Origin: Dudresnaya verticillata
Lineage: Eukaryota
Length of the DNA stretch: 64,000 nucleotides
Direction of reading: 5' to 3'
Assembly: GCA_977862235.1 (NCBI GenBank)
Contig: OZ374557.1
Span: forward strand, 1,488,001 to 1,552,000
The notes beneath the pieces are model-generated. The model saw only the letters and a list, made by a program, of their open reading frames with translations. It was not told the DNA's origin and made no database searches. Shown here one piece after another: positions 33,328 through 46,044 of this stretch. Made by a program: the position numbers and the translations under genes. Position 1 is the first letter of the stretch. Each line of letters begins with the position of its first letter.

Positions 33328-35971
33328 GTCCACGGAGACGCGGGGAAGTCTCGAACTATAAGGAATGGCCTTGGAGCCTAAAGTGTGGTCTTGTAGCCTA
33401 AGGGAAAACCGAGAGAGGAAAAGGGGTGGTAGCGTGGTAGAGAGGAGCGAGAAACACGAAGGACTGCGGTGTCAACGTATTCATGCGCGGAAGGGAGAAC
33501 TCAAGCGATCGATCACCGGGGATGACTCCAGGAGCACGCGGCTATCGATAGGGAGGCTCGACCGTATCCGCGGTCACGAAGACGAAGACACTGAACTCGA
33601 AGAAACAGTCGTTTACCCAAGCCTCCGAGGTCCGGGCGCTAGTCGCTTACCGGAAACCCTTGGAGCTCGTGCCAGACGACTGTTTAATACAGTGAAGGGC
33701 TTACAGAAGTGGGCCCTCTGCCCTCGTGTATGCGCTGAAATAGCGGTAACTATAGGGCGCCAACAGGAACAAGATGGGTAGTCTATGATTGGTCCAAGTG
33801 TCACCCTGTAGGTCAGTAGCTTAGTATCTGTCTATTTGTTTTAGAAATAATAGCTTAGGATCGGGGGCGTGTATATAGCCCAGATGAGGGGTGCTGCCTG
33901 ACAGTCGGAGTACCATATAAGGGTATCTCCCTTAGCGGTCACTGTACAGTAAAGGTAAGCACCTTCCGGCCCCAACTACGGCTCCAAGCTATCGGCACCG
34001 CAGCATACTTGTCACCCGTGCCCGGTTAACCGCCCGCCCAGTGAACTGCCTTCAGTATCGTGCTTCCAATCAGGTTACGCGCCCTCGTCTACCCTCTGGG
34101 TGCCTCCCGCTCTACCACCGCTACCAGGTACCCGTTCTATGGCTTTCTCATTGAGTGCACTCTTTGAGTTCACAAGAGACCTAAAAGGTACTTCCTTACA
34201 GACTGGCTAAGTACTAGTACGTGAGCACTAATACACGTCAACAAGGGAGACGGTTCGTACTCGAATGATTCATAACGGCCTCGGTGCCAACGAACGGTCG
34301 TCTCACGTATGGTGTCGGTTACGAAGTACGCCAACGAATCATTCGAAGGTGCACGCGCTTCGAGGGCCTCGGTGTCGTTACGCGCAGGAAACAAGGGGAA
34401 AACCACGAAGGTGTCAGCGATTTCGTATCGCGTGCGCACTGTAATGCGAATGCCATCGCGGCTCGTGCACAGTATCCGCACTGTAATACGTTTGCTATCG
34501 TGGCGTGCGCATTCACGGAGTTGCTTCGAAATTCGTATTTCTCGACTATTTTGACGTAGACCACGGAGTCGTTTTGCGCACAGTGTCTATACCACACGGT
34601 CCCCTCCTCAAGACCGAATGTCCCGGTCGCGGGTTACGAATCAAGAATTGGCGTGGCCCGGTTTCGTTCTGAGGAGCGTGTTCGTGGCCATCCGAGTGGC
34701 CGGGCGGCGGTGCATCGAGCGTTGCTTGCATTACGCTCGGGTCCGGGGCCCTCTATCTCAGTCATTGCACTCGTCGGTCTCAACTCCGTAGCTCGCGGTC
34801 TGCGCGTTTTTCTTTGTCCCCTCGCGCACTTCGTAGCGGCTGTTGCGGGTTGCCTCGTAGCATCGTGTCGCTGTTCCCCTCGCTTCGTGGCTTATCTTAC
34901 TCGGCTTCGATTCGTACGATCTCGCTATTGCTCCGTTGGCTTCGATGGTTTCGATTTTCGTGGACCGACGTTGCTGGACCTCCGTGGGATACGTCTTCGG
35001 GACTCGTATGATTTTATTTCCGCCAGCCTCGTATATATATTCACGTAGTTAGTCACGTAGGTAGGTAGCACCGTAGCTTCTTGTAAACGAGTTTAGGGGT
35101 TTTAGGTCCGATTGACCATCACTCGTAGACTTAACCTCCGAACGATTGCGGAAGTCACGAAATCGTCGATCCTGAATTTTCGTAACTTTTGTGCGACTCG
35201 ATTCGCAGTAATTTGATTTCGAAAAAACGCGGGGGCGCTGTCATCGAGGCTCGTGAAAATCGACCGCATGGCCCACTCCTCAAGACGAAGGCATCCGCAT
35301 CGACGCTGCGCGGGGCGCCTCACGATTTCGGGCCCCTCGGTGAGCATCACGAGGATTTCGAGGGCCATGTAGAGGTGTACGAATGAGCACTGGGGCTCTG
35401 GCTTCGATATGGCGTGAACCTGCGGGCAAACGATGCAGTACGAAGCGATTCACGGTTCCGGATATCGGGGTGTGTCAAACGAAATTCGTGGGCGGAAACC
35501 GGACTCCACTTGGACTGCGGGTATCGAAACAGCCTCGGGAAACACGAAGATCAAACGGAATGGGCATCGCATCTTACGTTCATGAATGGCGTGCATGCGG
35601 ATGCGATCGATGGAGTACTGTACGCGAAATAACGGGACGTTCCCGTTGTAGACAACTGGATATTGCGAATCTTAATTGACCTTACCTTCAGCGTCCGCGG
35701 AGACCTCGAGTATCACGGAGAGAAGACGGATCTGAAATCGCAGCTCCGGTTCTCGAACGGCGTGGATGCGGATGCAAACGTTGCAAAACAGCGATTTCAG
35801 CGGCCCCGAGGCGACACGGCATGCGAATCCGAACTGGGCCGTGGCATCGCAAGTTGGATTCGAAATTATCCATCGGTAGGTCGGATAAACGTATAAAGAG
35901 CTGGCTGATGGAGCTCCGGGGCTTACGTTCACGAATGGCGGCGTCATCGCGACATCGGCATTTCACGTCCA
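33328..35971 (-). repeat. Family D-related 3' region, probably a long LTR
   Basis: Patchy homology to 51057-51896. In both copies homology starts at a PPT-like GAGGGGGCC(C/G) followed by TG. Confidence 0.6.
33683..34200. mobile_element. Solo LTR (518 bp) inserted in the D-related region
   Basis: TSD GACTG at 33678-82 and 34201-05. Ends are TTTAATAC (probably from TGTAATAC) and CCTTACA. The empty site is seen at about 51543-51560. Confidence 0.8.
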
Positions 35972-37041
35972 GGGCCCCCTCGGTGGTGCAAACGTCGTTG
36001 ACGGGCACCTCCGGACCGTTCGGGAGTCCCGTGGGTAGCACGCCTAGAGACGGTAGGTGGTAGAGCTTAGAACACGCCAGGGGCGCACTGTAAACGCCCA
36101 AGGCGGAAGAAAGGGGAACAAAGGAAACCCAAAGGAAGACACGTCTGCGACGGTAATGGACATGGAAGCACGGGAGGTAGACGCTTAGGCTGTGGGCAGC
36201 GGTAGCGAAGGGTACGCGCGTGCGGAACGGGGAACCCTGGACCAAGGCCGGCTTGCCCGGGTGTTTACTGCTACGTCTGGGACGGCTTACCTAAGTATGA
36301 CGGTGTGGCGGCGGGGGCGCGGGGTGCGCAGCGCGGGAACTCGGGAGAAGTGTCGTCCCGAGACGCGTCTGACAGATTGCCCATCGTATGCAGCCGCGCG
36401 CCTGACAGGTTGCCGCGCAACCCTCTGCGTGGGTGCTTACACACAAGTGGACGCGTGCGCCTTACAGCCGTGCGCGCGCGTACGGTAGAGCGTGGGCCCT
36501 TGATCTAATCCAATACTTGTCCGATCCTGATTCCAATCCCGATCCGGGCCAGCAATGCGAACACTCGCAGCCTTACAGGCGTGTACATTACAGCGTAGGC
36601 GATCCAGATAGCCAATCTGGATACCGGATCCGGATCGCATCTAGATCCGTGTTACAGTACCCCGGGGCGCCATATCGGCCCATCACCGTACAGTGCCCGC
36701 ATGACGCGCGGCGCAACGTTTGTGTGCGCCCCAGTGAACCGTCGATGACGTGTTCGTGCGTCAACGGCGGCGGTGAGCGCCGGTGGCGGTTTCTCCGTCG
36801 GTCGACGTATTTGTCGCTCCTCTTTCAGCGAAAAAGGGGCTCACCCCCCTTGCATCACACGACCCCCCTCCAAAACGCGAACACGTCCTACCCTCAACCT
36901 GCTTCCGCGCGCTTGCCTTCGTCCTTGACCGCTCCTGCGCTTCGTCTTGGTGTGTATGCGCGTGCATTTCACGACTTCGGCTGTGCCGTGCGAAACCCCG
37001 CTCGTGTTGCGCACCGCGTGCCCTTGCACTACACCGGCATC

Positions 37042-37305
37042 ATCGCCTGTGGCGCCTCTTGATCCCCGTCGTTGACGTCGTTCAGATTCCCTCGCCTGCT
37101 GGCGTTCTCTTTGTGTATCACCTGGGGCGTAGTAACCGAATCGTCGTTGTCGTACGGTTGTAAGGTTTTCGCCAGTGGCGCAGGTTTGTGTGTATCGCCT
37201 GTGGCGTTGGACAGTAATCGTCTTCGACGCACGCTTCGGGAAGCTTTCGCCAGTGGCGCAGGATACGAGTCGCCTTTGATGTTTGTGTACTAATCGCCAG
37301 CGGCG
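37042..37305. repeat. About seven copies of the near-palindrome TCGCCWGTGGCG
   Basis: Copies near 37042, 37092, 37117, 37168, 37194, 37246 and 37293. Confidence 0.7.
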
Positions 37306-37346
37306 CGAACATACTTTCGTCTTCGACGTTATGCCGACATTCAATG

Positions 37347-37833
37347 TGTAGAGAACCGTTGCCAAGTGGCACTACAGGCTTGAACCGTTTCCAAGTGGCA
37401 CTACAGGCTTACTAGCTTGAAGCTTTTGTTATACAATTTAGAATTGTCAGCTCTACTCTAATCCAAGAAGATGTTCCGTTGCAGGAACAACTTCTTCCGT
37501 TGAAGACGTAACATCTTCAAGCCTGTCCCCGGAGATAGATGTTTTGAACTACCATGTCCCCGGGGGTAGTTGTTCTGAGGGCATGGCGGTTGGGGCTACT
37601 GTAGAAGATACCGTTTAAGAATAGAACAGCTACTTTATCCATACCGTTTAGAATCAGCAGTAGTGCTGTTCTTTATCAAACGCATAGAGTAGGCTCGGAG
37701 CTTTGGAGCAAGCGGCTCCGTAATGGAATATAAAAGCTCCGCCCTTTTCTCTCTCAAGGAAGAAAAGGGCAGAGGTCTTCGCATTGAGCACAAACAAGAC
37801 AGCACCCAACAAGTCAAGGAGGAAGTGATTATA
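37347..37833 (+). repeat. 5' LTR of Gypsy F (TGTA...TATA)
   Basis: Direct repeat of 42791-43276. It begins with a 29-bp tandem duplication. Confidence 0.95.
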
Positions 37834-38071
37834 GAAATTTCTTTTCCCTGCAGGAGACGCAATTTCCTTTACTATTGCTGTTGTCAAGTTGTCTACTCGT
37901 CAAGTGTTTCTACCTGTCAAGCGTTGTACCCGTCAGGTGCTACTATCGTTCAAGAGTGCTACTTGTCAAGTATTTCTATAAGTGGATTGTTTTGTAATCT
38001 ACTGGAACTGGTGTACATACGAAGCAATTGTACTACCTCTCAGTCGCCTTGGTTATTTTTGAAATAGCATC

Positions 38072-41000
38072 ATGCCACCGGTCACTCGTTCTGGAATTGA
38101 GAGCGGGCCAGGTCGCTCGGATTTTGGCACATCCAGTGCGCTGTTCGCACCCGTACAGCATCCTGTACTAAGAAGTGTCGACCCGCTGAAAGTCTCCGCG
38201 TTCTTACGGGAGCGGGAAAGATATGTAGATGAAGTCGAGGAGAAGAGCAGAGAAGCCCCAGGAATGAGCGTTGCTTCATTCAAGGTTTCTGTGGATAGGA
38301 GTCTGCTAATGACGATGCATAGCCTCGGTAGAATGGATTCTACTGCTAATTCTGTCGCGCTTGAAGATCCCACGTCCGAGCAAATCGAAGAATGGGTGAG
38401 GAGCATAGTGTGCAAAGCTAATGCCAAGGAAGTCAACCCTACCATAATTCAGGACACTCTGAAAGGCATAAGAATGCCTATGAACATTTCAGATCCAGAG
38501 GCTCGAATACTGGAATATGTCCATGATGTTTTTGAAAGACTGAATGGAGTTGGCTATTCTTCTTTCAGGGAGCGCAATCCTGAGAAGACAGTGAAACTAA
38601 TACAAGAACATGTCTACCCCCTCCATCTGAAAGCAGCTATGGCAGAGCACCTTGAATTTCAAGCTGGACTGAAGAAAAAGGTCAATGATTACGTATCTGT
38701 ACTTTGCAATGAGGCTGTCATTCAGGACAAGATCAGACCTACCAGGACGAGTGTTGAAAAGGATGATAAGGGAACAAAGAAGGCAAGCTCGTCCGGCTCA
38801 AGAAATGGCAAGCCGAAGACGGATGGACGTAAGTCAGCTGGAGCTTCTAAGTCTGGAAAAGGACCACAGAATCGTCGCGAACTTCTATGCTTGAATGAAG
38901 ATTGCAAGCGGAAGGGCATCAAGCACCCAGGCGGTGTTCGGCATTGCCCTAAGACGAGCACCGATGAAGCAAACAAACTAATACAGTCGTTCATATACGA
39001 AAGGGAAAGCAAGAAGGCTAAAAGTTGTGCGGATACTCAGTCTGACACACATAAGCAGCCTGAGGATAACAATTCTACACTCATGAGTGTAGTGTTCGCT
39101 GGATTGGTTTCGACTAGATTGTGTGCAGACGGGGGTTCTGACATCAATTTAATGCCACAAAATATATTCAAAGAGTTGTTGCAACGACGTGCACCCATGA
39201 AGGTCAAAAAGTTCGACCGTGCCCGTAAGTTCGGCCTTGCTGCTGCCGAAATGCATGTCGCATGTGACAGGGAAGTCACACTAAATATTGAACTACGAAT
39301 CCGCCATGGCAAAACGTTACTGATTCGAAACTTAAAATGGCTCGTGGCTGTAGACACAGTTGACGAACCACTACTCGGTCGTCCTATCCAAGAAGCGCTT
39401 GGATTAGATACGAGGAAGATTCTTGAAGCCGCATGCGACAGATATCAAGGCGAGGTTGATGCTGGTTTGGTGATGGAGGATGAGTACCAGGAGGTATCTA
39501 TCGCCCGCATTTTGTCGTCTGGTCTTTTTCATTCCGACCAGGGAGTGACGGGGGAGGTGCCCGATAGTCTTTCCGAGCAACGCACTGAGCTTGGAGAAGA
39601 CTCACCCGCAGAGTTGAAAACTGCATTTAACAAGATGTTGGAAACTGCTTCTGACAATGGTTTGAGCGCAACTGGAAAGTTGAAATTGGAAAAGCTGCTG
39701 GCAGCATATACGGATGTTTTCCGTGTGCGCCTTGGTCCGGGCCCCCCAGCAAAAGTAGAACCAATGCGGATCAACATCAAGCCAGGTTCTGTAGCCTACA
39801 TTACGAAGGCGCGGCGCTATTCTGCTGAACAGCGTGACTACATGAAGCGATTTGTCGGAAAGCTTTTAGAATACGGCATGGCCATCCCGAACCCAAATGC
39901 TGAGTGGGCATCCCCACTGCTACTCGTGCCAAAGCCTGGTACTAAAATGTACAGGCTAACTTTCGACCTTCGCATGGTCAATCAGTGTACTCAACCAATG
40001 GCCTGGCCAATGCCACATTTACAATCGGAGCTGTTGGACTTCGCAGACAGCTCTTGCTTTGCGAGTATAGATTTCTGTGCAGGTTACTGGCAGATGCCTC
40101 TACATTCCGAGAGCCAGCATTACCACAGTTTTCTAACACCTTCTGGTGTTTTCCAGCCTACAAGAACACTACAAGGAGGCATGAACGCAGTGCAGAACTT
40201 CCAGTCCCGAGTGGAGCCATGTTTTCAATCTATTCGTGGTGCAGTCAAGGCTTGGCTAGACGATTTTGCAGTGCATACCAAGGATGAAGGAGACCTTATA
40301 TCCTATCTGGAAAGGTTCTTCGCCATCTGTAGGGAAAAGAACCTGAAAATATCTGCAAAGAAGTCTGTGCTTTTCAGCACTTCCTTGGAATGGTGTGGGT
40401 ATGTGGTCGACAAGGGTGGTGTCACTTGTGACCCAAGACGTTTGAGTGGACTCAAGAATGCGTCTGTTCCAGAGAACGGCGCCGAGTTGTCACAATTTAT
40501 GAACTGTTTACAATGGATGTCGCAATATATTCCCGACTTTACTACTCGTGTGGCAACACTACCCGCAGTTCTTGAAGAAGCTTATACAAAATCGGGAAAG
40601 CGTACTTCACGGCCCATACAGGGCATACGACTTTGCAAATTGTCTTGGGGCCAAAAGCACGCTGAAGCCTTTAACGACCTTCAAGAACCGCTTCGAAATG
40701 CGGTGAAACTCGCGCATAGGGATCAAAAAAAGACTCTTGGCGTCTACACCGACGCATCTGATGAACACTGGGCGGCGGTAGTTACACAGTGCGATCCACC
40801 ATGCTTATAAAAGCCAATAGAAGAGCAGATGCATCAACCTTTGGCTTTCCTTGGGTCCGCATTTAATGAAACGCAGCAGCATTGGACAACCTTTGAGCGC
40901 GAAGCATATGCTGTGTATCAAGTTTTCGAGAAGATGGATTACATGTTCTCCTGCGAAGCAAATATTCATCTGTTCACGGACCACAGGAATTTTCTTTTTG

Positions 41001-42753
41001 TATACAACCCTGTTGCATTACGACCAAGCCTTGGAAGGCATATCATCAACAAGGTTCAGCGCTGGGCACTGTACCTTTCTAGGTTTATGTATACAATCGA
41101 ACACGTCGAGGGCAGCCGCAACATTACTGCCGACATGATGACACGATGGTTTGCTGGCTATCGAGGCAAACATAACCTTGCTAAACGTGTCACTCGTGCT
41201 ATAGAGGCCCAGGACCTTGTTCATTCTCCATATGAGAACACGTTTGAATGGCCGTCCCAGGAAATGTTACTGAAACCACAACAGTCCGCAGATAATGTTC
41301 CTACACGATTGAAGAAAGGAAAGGATGGTTTACTACGAGATAACACACGCATTTGGATACCTGATAATAATGTGGACTTGCAATTGAAGTTGTTAGTAAT
41401 ATCGCATTGTGGGGCAGGTGGACATGGAGGTGTGGAATCGACCTGGAGTACACTTAGGAAGCTGTACCAATGGAACAGTATGGAGGCCGATGTGAATGAG
41501 TTTGTATCAAATTGTTTGCACTGTATCATTGGGAAAAGTGGAAACCGCATTCCAAGTCCAACATCTATTACCCTTCACGGCACGAAGCCTAATGAAGTTG
41601 TTCACTTCGATTTCATATTTATGGGGGTTGGCATAGATGGTTTGAAATACTGCCTCATCATCCGAGACGATCTTTCGTCTTACTTATGGATATGTCCAAG
41701 TATGGCCGCGGATGCAGAAACAGTGTTGAAAGAGCTTTCAAGATGGATACGAGTATTTACGGCAATGAAATACTGGGTATCGGACCAAGGGTCGCATTTT
41801 CAAAATCAAGTTATGGAAACTTTGGCTAAGATCTACAAAGTTGAGCACCGGTTCACAGTTGCGTATTCGCCTTGGGTTAATGGTACGATTGAAGTTTGTA
41901 TGCGACATATTAAGGCCGCTTGCACGGCGTTACTCTCAGAACTCAAGCTTGGGCCACAAGATTGGCCACTGGTTATTGACACCGTGATGACGGCGCTGAA
42001 TGAGGCTCCACACCGGCGCCTAGGTAAGCGCATCGATGGGACGTACAGAACACCCCTCGAAGTCATGACCGGAATACTACCCAATCGCATCAACTTTGTG
42101 GTGCGACACCAAGAAGAGACAGAACCAGTCCCGATAAGTCAAGTCCGCGTGCATCAACTCATTAACATCAATAAGTTGCAGAATGTTTTAGAAGACATGC
42201 ACCGCGATGTGGCTAATAATGTCTCCAATAATAGGCAGAGGCAGATAGCGTATCACAACCAGAAGACAAACCTCGTTACGCCTAGCTTCACAATTGGCGA
42301 TTTTGTTCTAGTGCGCAGAGCGCAGAATAAGGGACACAAAATGATGTTTCGATGGGTGGGTCCGCGCCGTATTTCAAGGAATATTGGTGACATGGTTTAT
42401 GAAGTAACCGGGCTCATGGATAACAAGACTGAATTGTTCACGCCGCTAGGCTACTCCTCTACAAAGCCAGCTTGGATGGCGCTCCTGTTTCTAAAAATCT
42501 GATGAAGCAAGCCGAACATATCGAGACTAAGTTTGAGATGGTCGAGAAATTGCTGGATATCGGCGAGGTGTCCGACAGAATTTTCTTTCAAGTGCAGTGG
42601 TTAGGGCAGCCTGATACTACTGACTGGACGTGGCAGTCGTTGCAGCAGATGTATCAAGACATTCCGCAACGCGTAGAAAGCTTCCTACGAAAAACACGTA
42701 AGAAGCGTCTTGCGAAAAAGGCACTCAAAGAACTTGGCATTAAGGAGAAGTAA
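38072..42753 (+). pseudogene. pol: Gypsy F gag-pol polyprotein (one premature stop at 40808-10, one frameshift near 42440)
   Basis: CLNEDC..H..HC knuckle, CADGGSDIN (PR), YWQMPL and WLDD (RT), YTDASD (RH), HCGAGGHGG and SDQGSHF (INT), QVQWLG..DWTWQ (chromo). Confidence 0.95.
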
Positions 42754-42790
42754 TACTCACTAGGACTCCGCCCTAGCAAGTATGGGGCCA

Positions 42791-43276
42791 TGTAGAGAAC
42801 CGTTGCCAAGTGGCACTACAGGCTTGAACCGTTTCCAAGTGGCACTACAGGCTTACTAGCTTGAAGCTTTTGTTATGCAATTTAGAATTGTCAGCTCTAC
42901 TCTAATCCAAGAAGATGTTCCGTTGCAGGAACAACTTCTTCCGTTGAAGAGGTAACATCTTCAAGCCTGTCCCCGGAGATAGATGTTTTGAACTACCATG
43001 TCCCCGGGGGTAGTTGTTCTGAGGGCATGGCGGTTGGGGCTACTGTAAAAGATACCGTTTAAGAATAGAACAGCTACTTTATCCATACCGTTTAGAATCA
43101 GCAGTAGTGCTGTTCTTTATAAACGCATAGAGTAGGCTCGGAGCTTTGTAGCAAGCGGCTCCGTAATAGAATATAAAAGCTCCGCCCTTTTCTCTCTCGA
43201 GGAAGAAAAGGGCAGAGGTCTTCGCATTGAGCACAAACAAGACAGCACCCAACAAGTCAAGGAGGAAGTGATTATA
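42791..43276 (+). repeat. 3' LTR of Gypsy F
   Basis: Direct repeat of the 5' LTR, followed by AATG. Confidence 0.95.
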
Positions 43277-43516
43277 AATGGCATGCAGGTGGCGGCGCCC
43301 TCGGCCGGGCCGGTGTACGCGTCACCTGTCGACTTTGTCGGGAAGAATCCTCGCGATCACGCGTATTTCTTCTCGCGGGCCCCCTGGTTTGACCGGAGGC
43401 TTCGCGCGAGGAATTATTGGTCGCTCATTACGCTACTAGCGGTTTCTTGCCAGAGGGCCTGCCCCTTGGCGTCGTCTGGACGTTAGAGTGGAAGTTGCGC
43501 TGTGCGGTCCCTTCTG

Positions 43517-43900
43517 GAACACAGGCTTCCCGCGTTTCAGAATGTACTTTCAAAAACAGACTGAAATAAAACGCTTCCAAAGTACATGCGTTGGAAAGGG
43601 GAGCGTCCCCTGGGCACGCTGGTGCATACGGAGTAGAGAACTAAGCAATAGTTCGCGAGTTATGTTGGTTGGCGAGTTATGTTGGTTGGCGTGCTAACCC
43701 GGCAGTGAGTCTGAAATAATTAATTTTGGTGTAATTTCTGAGCTTTTTTAAGTCGGATTTTGAGGTAACCTAGGCTACTTCCATTGGCCCCTCACCGCGC
43801 AGTATACGCTGCCCCAACCGTGCAAAACTACTCGTCAGTTCAATGACGCTCTCCCCATGACATGCCAGAGTACTGCAGCACTGCCATGAATTCCTTTCCC
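43517..43900. repeat. Second copy of the putative DNA-transposon end
   Basis: Homologous to 3540-3905, with an extra 17-bp duplication (GAGTTATGTTGGTTGGC). Confidence 0.8.
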
Positions 43901-45148
43901 GGACTTACTCCGGTACAACTTCGGGCATTCGTCACCCAGCCGCTGCATGCTACACTCTCTACTTTCATGCACTCTCTGCTCTTCTCTAGGCGCCAGGACT
44001 TGCTCTGCGCAGTCGCACTCGCCCGCTACACTCTCCCTCCTCACCGACACATCGGCTCGTTGTCCTTCGCGGCAACCAAAAACTCCACCCAGGTATTGTA
44101 ATCCCTGTTTCACCAACGTTACAGCATGTGCTGCCCAGTGCGACGGCATTCATGTAGCGCTCTTCCCATTGTATACCGTTCTCTCCGTCGACCTACTCCA
44201 TGTGGTTTGGACTGAGCTCCAGTACTGAATTTTGTCCCACATTACCGTGAATTTGCCGTTGTCATAAGTCAGACCTCGTTCCGGACATCTCGTACTTCAC
44301 CCGTGCAGTTCCCTACACATGTAGCGAGCTGCAGCTCGCCAGACACCCCGGTCAAAACCACAAACACCCATTTCTAGTCATGCACTTGAACCAACTTCGA
44401 AAGTGCACTCAAAGCCGTCCCCCGTAGTAGTTCAAACAACGATTCCTTACTTGCGCCCGTTCCCCTCTTCAAGCGCCTCAGCATGGTAAACATACACAAC
44501 CGCTCCCGTACGCACTTTACCTGTAACTAAAATTCCTCAACTACCTTTACCCTAAACCTCAGCCCGCTTCAGACTCCGGGTCTTCTTCATCGACCTCCAC
44601 CGCCCAGCACCCTGAGAAAACTAGTATTCCCTCCAGCACCACCTTCACCGCCTCCCCAACTGTGACAGCATCCGCAATCATGACCCGTGCCCGCCCCACC
44701 AAGTCCAGACTAAGCGTGGCGTCACTGGTATGACGCGTGGCTCGCGCCCGAGCTTCTTCTAGCTCGGCGCGCATTCTCCGCACCTCCAGCACCAACGCTT
44801 CCGGTGCTTCATCGCAACTCTCCATCTAAGTCGTCTCCACCAACCCTCAAACCGACACTGTACCACTCCCTTTTATAGACGGAACCGGGCACCATTCTGA
44901 AGTTTAGTTGACCTCGCTTACACCAACTCTGCACATCTTTTCCCTATTGCGAAACCGCTGCAACGTCGGGAATCGTTAGCATGCAAACCGTTCTTGGTGC
45001 GTAGTTGTTATTATTTTAGCGGACGCGGCGAATCCCAATCGATACGAGTACCTGGTTGAGGAATGTTCACAATGTTTATCCTTGAGATTTTGCGCTTCTC
45101 TTCATGGACTTTGCGAACTGCTGTCTCATACTGCCGACGTTCTCGTGC

Positions 45149-45634
45149 TCACAAGTTATCCATGTCTGTAAGCAGAGGGTTGGGAGCCATCTCACGCAGC
45201 TTCTGCATTCCTCTCTCCCTTGCATCCCTGAGGAAGTTACTAAATGCGAAATCTTTCCCGCGCCCTGCCGCACTGTATTGCCCTTCTTTCCCTATTACAT
45301 CCTTCATGAAACTCTTGAAGAGCGACCTATCAAAGAGCTTGATGCCCAGAGTTTCTAGACCGATTATTTCCTTCCCTGCGCTGCTGAAGTATATCAATAT
45401 AGTCTCCAATCTTTCCACTCCGATCCGTTTCACGATGTCCTTCGCACACTCTCCGTCCTTGCACAAGTCGGCTACATTCAGGGACTCCATTTTCTGGCCC
45501 ACTTCCACCATATCAAATGTTACGTCCTGCAGCTCTGTCAGACAATGACGGTGTACAGCCGGGTTTCTGTGCTCCATTCTGCTCTTTTCGATAGTGCTAT
45601 TCATGTGCCATACACAATTCCAGTTCGATGGCAT
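45149..45634 (-). other. Hypothetical ORF fragment, possibly cargo of the DNA transposon
   Basis: 161-aa helical, protein-like ORF. No recognised motif. Confidence 0.25.
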
Positions 45635-46044
45635 GCTGTCCTGAGTAACTGAGCGTGAGCCACTTCCGAGACTCGAAGAGGGGCGCTTCCTGTTGCAGTA
45701 GTCATCTCAACATCACGGTGGGTGGCTTCGGTCTTCATTATTGCTTCGTGCCGTAAACTGTCGTGAGAGATTTCTTACAGGATATATTGTTCCCGCGTCT
45801 CTCCACAATGTATATGGGAGAGAGACCGAACTCATCACATGAACCTGTGATTCGGATTGCCCACGTATTACTTGGCACGCGTATTAGCACACGTTGTTTT
45901 CCTACCCAAATTTGATTGACGAGAATCAGAATCTCCCGTCCACCACCGTTTCGGTTGCACTCAAACTGTTCGGTCGTCCCCAGGGCAGTTAGATGACGTA
46001 AAGACACGTATCTTTATTCCGTCGTTGAAAGAAGGCACACAGGA

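Larger units (their letters stand above)
37347..43276 (+). mobile_element. Near-intact chromodomain Gypsy element F
   Basis: LTRs 37347-37833 and 42791-43276 (about 6 substitutions and 1 indel), 4-bp TSD AATG, purine tract before the 3' LTR, and gag-pol in one frame. Confidence 0.95.

Noticed and set aside
35091..35107. Telomere-like TTTAGGG remnant
   Set aside because: Only two imperfect units.
37042..37410. Spaced short repeats as a CRISPR array
   Set aside because: The repeats are 12-bp degenerate or a two-copy LTR duplication, the spacing is irregular, there are no cas genes and the context is eukaryotic.
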